The position numbers and the translations under genes were made by a program. Below, one piece after another: positions 61,943-64,000 of a DNA stretch of 64,000 nucleotides (positions are counted from its first letter, which is position 1; each line of letters opens with the position of its first letter). The notes beneath the pieces are model-generated. The model ran no database searches. It saw only the letters and a list, made by a program, of their open reading frames with translations, and was not told the origin of the DNA. This stretch comes from Thermoanaerobaculia bacterium (lineage in GTDB: Bacteria > Acidobacteriota > Thermoanaerobaculia > Multivoradales > Multivoraceae), in contig OY762911.1 in the NCBI GenBank assembly GCA_963666565.1, positions 4,192,001 through 4,256,000 on the forward strand, written 5' to 3'.

Positions 61943-62090
61943 CGCCGGGTGCGCGGGTCTTCCGACCCGCTGCCGCCGAAGGCTGCGGCCGGCATCGGCG
62001 ACGGTCTTTGGCCGCCGGCCCCGTGTCTTCCGGGCTGCGCCGCTCCGCGGCTTCGCCCGCGGGCGGGTCGGAAGACCCGCGCACCCGGCG
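61943..62090. mobile_element. Complete family A REPIN/MITE-like element with perfect 28-bp terminal inverted repeats
   Basis: 61943-61970 is the exact reverse complement of 62063-62090. Confidence 0.85.
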
Positions 62091-62126
62091 CGACCCGCGG
62101 CCGATTCCGTGCAGGCTTCCGAACTC

Positions 62127-63698
62127 CTACACGATCCGCGACGCGCGGCCGGTCCAGTAGCGGTCGCGCAGCAGCCGCTTGTAGAGCTTGCCCGTCGGCA
62201 GGCGCGGAAGCTGCTCCTCGAAGTCGATCGACTTCGGCGCCTTGTAGTGCGCGACGCGCTCCCGCGCGTAGGCCATCAGTTCCTCGGCGACCTCCGGGCC
62301 TTCCTCGATTCCGGGCATCAACTGGACGACCGCCTTGACCTCCTCGCCCAGGTCCTCGTTCGGCACGCCGACGACCGCCGCGTCGGCCACCTTGGGGTGG
62401 ACGACGAGGGCGTCCTCGATCTCCTGCGGATAGATGTTGACGCCGCCCGAGATGATCATGAACGCCTTGCGGTCGGTGAGGAACACGTAGCCGTCCTCGT
62501 CCAGGTAGCCGACGTCGCCGAGCGTGCTCCAGCGCGGATGAACCGGGTGCCGGGAGCCCAGCGTCTTCTCCTCGTCGCCGTGGTACTCGAACAGGTCCGC
62601 GTCCTCGGGCGGTTCGAAGAAGATCGTTCCCGGCTCGCCGGCCGGCAGTTCCCCGCCCTCGTCGTCGCAGATGTGGACCGTCGCCGTCAGGCACTTGCCG
62701 ACCGTGCCCGGCTTCCTGAGCCACTCGTCCGTCTCCACGGCGCACATGCCGTTGCCTTCGGAGCCGGCGTAGTACTCCAGGATGATCGGCCCCCACCACT
62801 CGATCATGCGGCGCTTGACGTCGACCGGACAGGGAGCGGCGGCGTGAATCGCCCGCCCGTGGGTCGAGAGGTCGTAGCGGGTGCGCGCCTCCTCGGGGAG
62901 CTTCAGCATGCGGTTGAACATCGTCGGCACCCACTGGCTGACGGTGATCCCGTAGTCCTCGATCGCCTTGAGCGAAAGCTCCGGGTCGAAGCGCTCCATG
63001 ACGACGACCGTGCCGCCGAGCGTCTGCGTCCCGGCGGTGAAGCCGAGCGGCGCCGCGTGGTAGAGCGGCGCCGGCGACAGGTAGATCGAATCGGCGTCGA
63101 TGCCGTAGATGCTCGTCAGCACCTCGAACCGCTGGTCCGGCATCTCCTCCACCGACAGGCCCGTCAGCGGCCGCAGGATGCCCTTGGGCCGCCCGGTCGT
63201 GCCGGAGCTGTACAGCATCGTGCTGCCGCGCGGCTCCTCGACGAGCGGCTCGGCCGGGAAGGCGGCCGTCGCCTCGGCGCAGTCGTCCCAGCCCGCCGGA
63301 ATGCCCAGGCCGTCGTCGTCGACCATCAGCCGGCCCGGACAGCTCGGGATCAGGCCGGTCAGTTCGGCGCACGCTTCGGCCAGCTTCGCCGAGGAGACGA
63401 CGCTCTCCGCGCCGCAGTCCTTGACGATGTAGGCCGCCTCCTCGGCGGTCAGGTAGCGGTTGACCGTCGTCAGGTAGAGGCCCGACCGGATCGCCGCCCA
63501 GTAGACGTCGAAGTACCGCGGGTGGTTCTCCATGAAGATGGCGACGTGGTCGCCGGGGCGCAGGCCCTGGGCGTACCAGAGCTGCGCCAGCCGGCTCGAC
63601 CGCCGTTCGAGCTCCAGGTAGGTGACCGTCTCGCCGGCGCCGGCCATGACCACCGCCGGCTTGTCCGGGGTTTCGCGCGCGTACCTGCCGGGATACAT
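62127..63698 (-). CDS. Acyl-CoA synthetase (AMP-binding)
   Basis: YSSGTTGRPKG, EYYAGSE, GDVGYLD, IISGGVNIYPQEIE, LPRLPTGKLYK. Confidence 0.93.
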   Translation of the reverse strand: MYPGRYARETPDKPAVVMAGAGETVTYLELERRSSRLAQLWYAQGLRPGDHVAIFMENHPRYFDVYWAAIRSGLYLTTVNRYLTAEEAAYIVKDCGAESVVSSAKLAEACAELTGLIPSCPGRLMVDDDGLGIPAGWDDCAEATAAFPAEPLVEEPRGSTMLYSSGTTGRPKGILRPLTGLSVEEMPDQRFEVLTSIYGIDADSIYLSPAPLYHAAPLGFTAGTQTLGGTVVVMERFDPELSLKAIEDYGITVSQWVPTMFNRMLKLPEEARTRYDLSTHGRAIHAAAPCPVDVKRRMIEWWGPIILEYYAGSEGNGMCAVETDEWLRKPGTVGKCLTATVHICDDEGGELPAGEPGTIFFEPPEDADLFEYHGDEEKTLGSRHPVHPRWSTLGDVGYLDEDGYVFLTDRKAFMIISGGVNIYPQEIEDALVVHPKVADAAVVGVPNEDLGEEVKAVVQLMPGIEEGPEVAEELMAYARERVAHYKAPKSIDFEEQLPRLPTGKLYKRLLRDRYWTGRASRIV

Positions 63699-63735
63699 CC
63701 TCTGCCTCTGGCCCGCGGTTCTTCTCGACCCCGGC

Positions 63736-63999
63736 TCAGGAACCGACCGGCGCCACCTGCCAGCTCGCCGTCGTCTCGATGCGGCAGGCCAGGAAGCGCG
63801 TGGCGTCTATCTCGATCTCGGCGTCCACCGTCGCGCTGTCCTTGGCATCGAACGTGCCGGTGATCACCGCCCGGATCAGGCCGTCCTGGTCGACCCGGAC
63901 GTCGTTCGGCGTGCGGAACCGGAACCCGGCGTCGCGGATCCGGACGTTCGCGTTGGAGTTCCCGAACCTGGTGAAGGCGTTGACCAGTTGGGCGCATGC
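63736..63999 (-). CDS. 3' end of a hypothetical protein (5' truncated by the window edge)
   Basis: Frame with GC3-rich codons: ...NAFTRFGNSNANVRIRDAG...WQVAPVGS*. Confidence 0.6.
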   Translation of the reverse strand, partial: ACAQLVNAFTRFGNSNANVRIRDAGFRFRTPNDVRVDQDGLIRAVITGTFDAKDSATVDAEIEIDATRFLACRIETTASWQVAPVGS

Positions 64000-64000
64000 C

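Overview
GC-rich bacterial window. The gene content (many FN3, TPR and DUF1640-like genes) resembles that of host-associated, e.g. sponge-symbiont, Acidobacteriota; this is inference only. 1-2950 is a lower-GC island edge with a broken S24 peptidase, an SDH/Clp-fold protease and an orphan HipA N-terminal gene. 2996-28032 holds about 20 metabolic and envelope genes: hydrolases, PQQ proteins, AcuI, SDRs, a nitrite/sulfite reductase, a TMTC-like glycosyltransferase, an amidase and a symporter. 28431-61050 is one giant (~10,900 aa) autotransporter-type adhesin gene with FN3/Cys-pair modules, 62 tandem ~111-aa repeats and a C-terminal beta-barrel. It is split by two 1-bp deletions and carries a (CGCGGAT)13 tract just after a predicted leaderless start, which makes it a candidate phase-variable switch. 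SMUG1-type UDG and acyl-CoA synthetase genes close the window. Two families of non-coding palindromic elements are dispersed: a REP/REPIN-like hairpin, with one copy in-frame inside a gene, and a ~175-bp element whose 30-35-bp terminal stems co-vary between copies.
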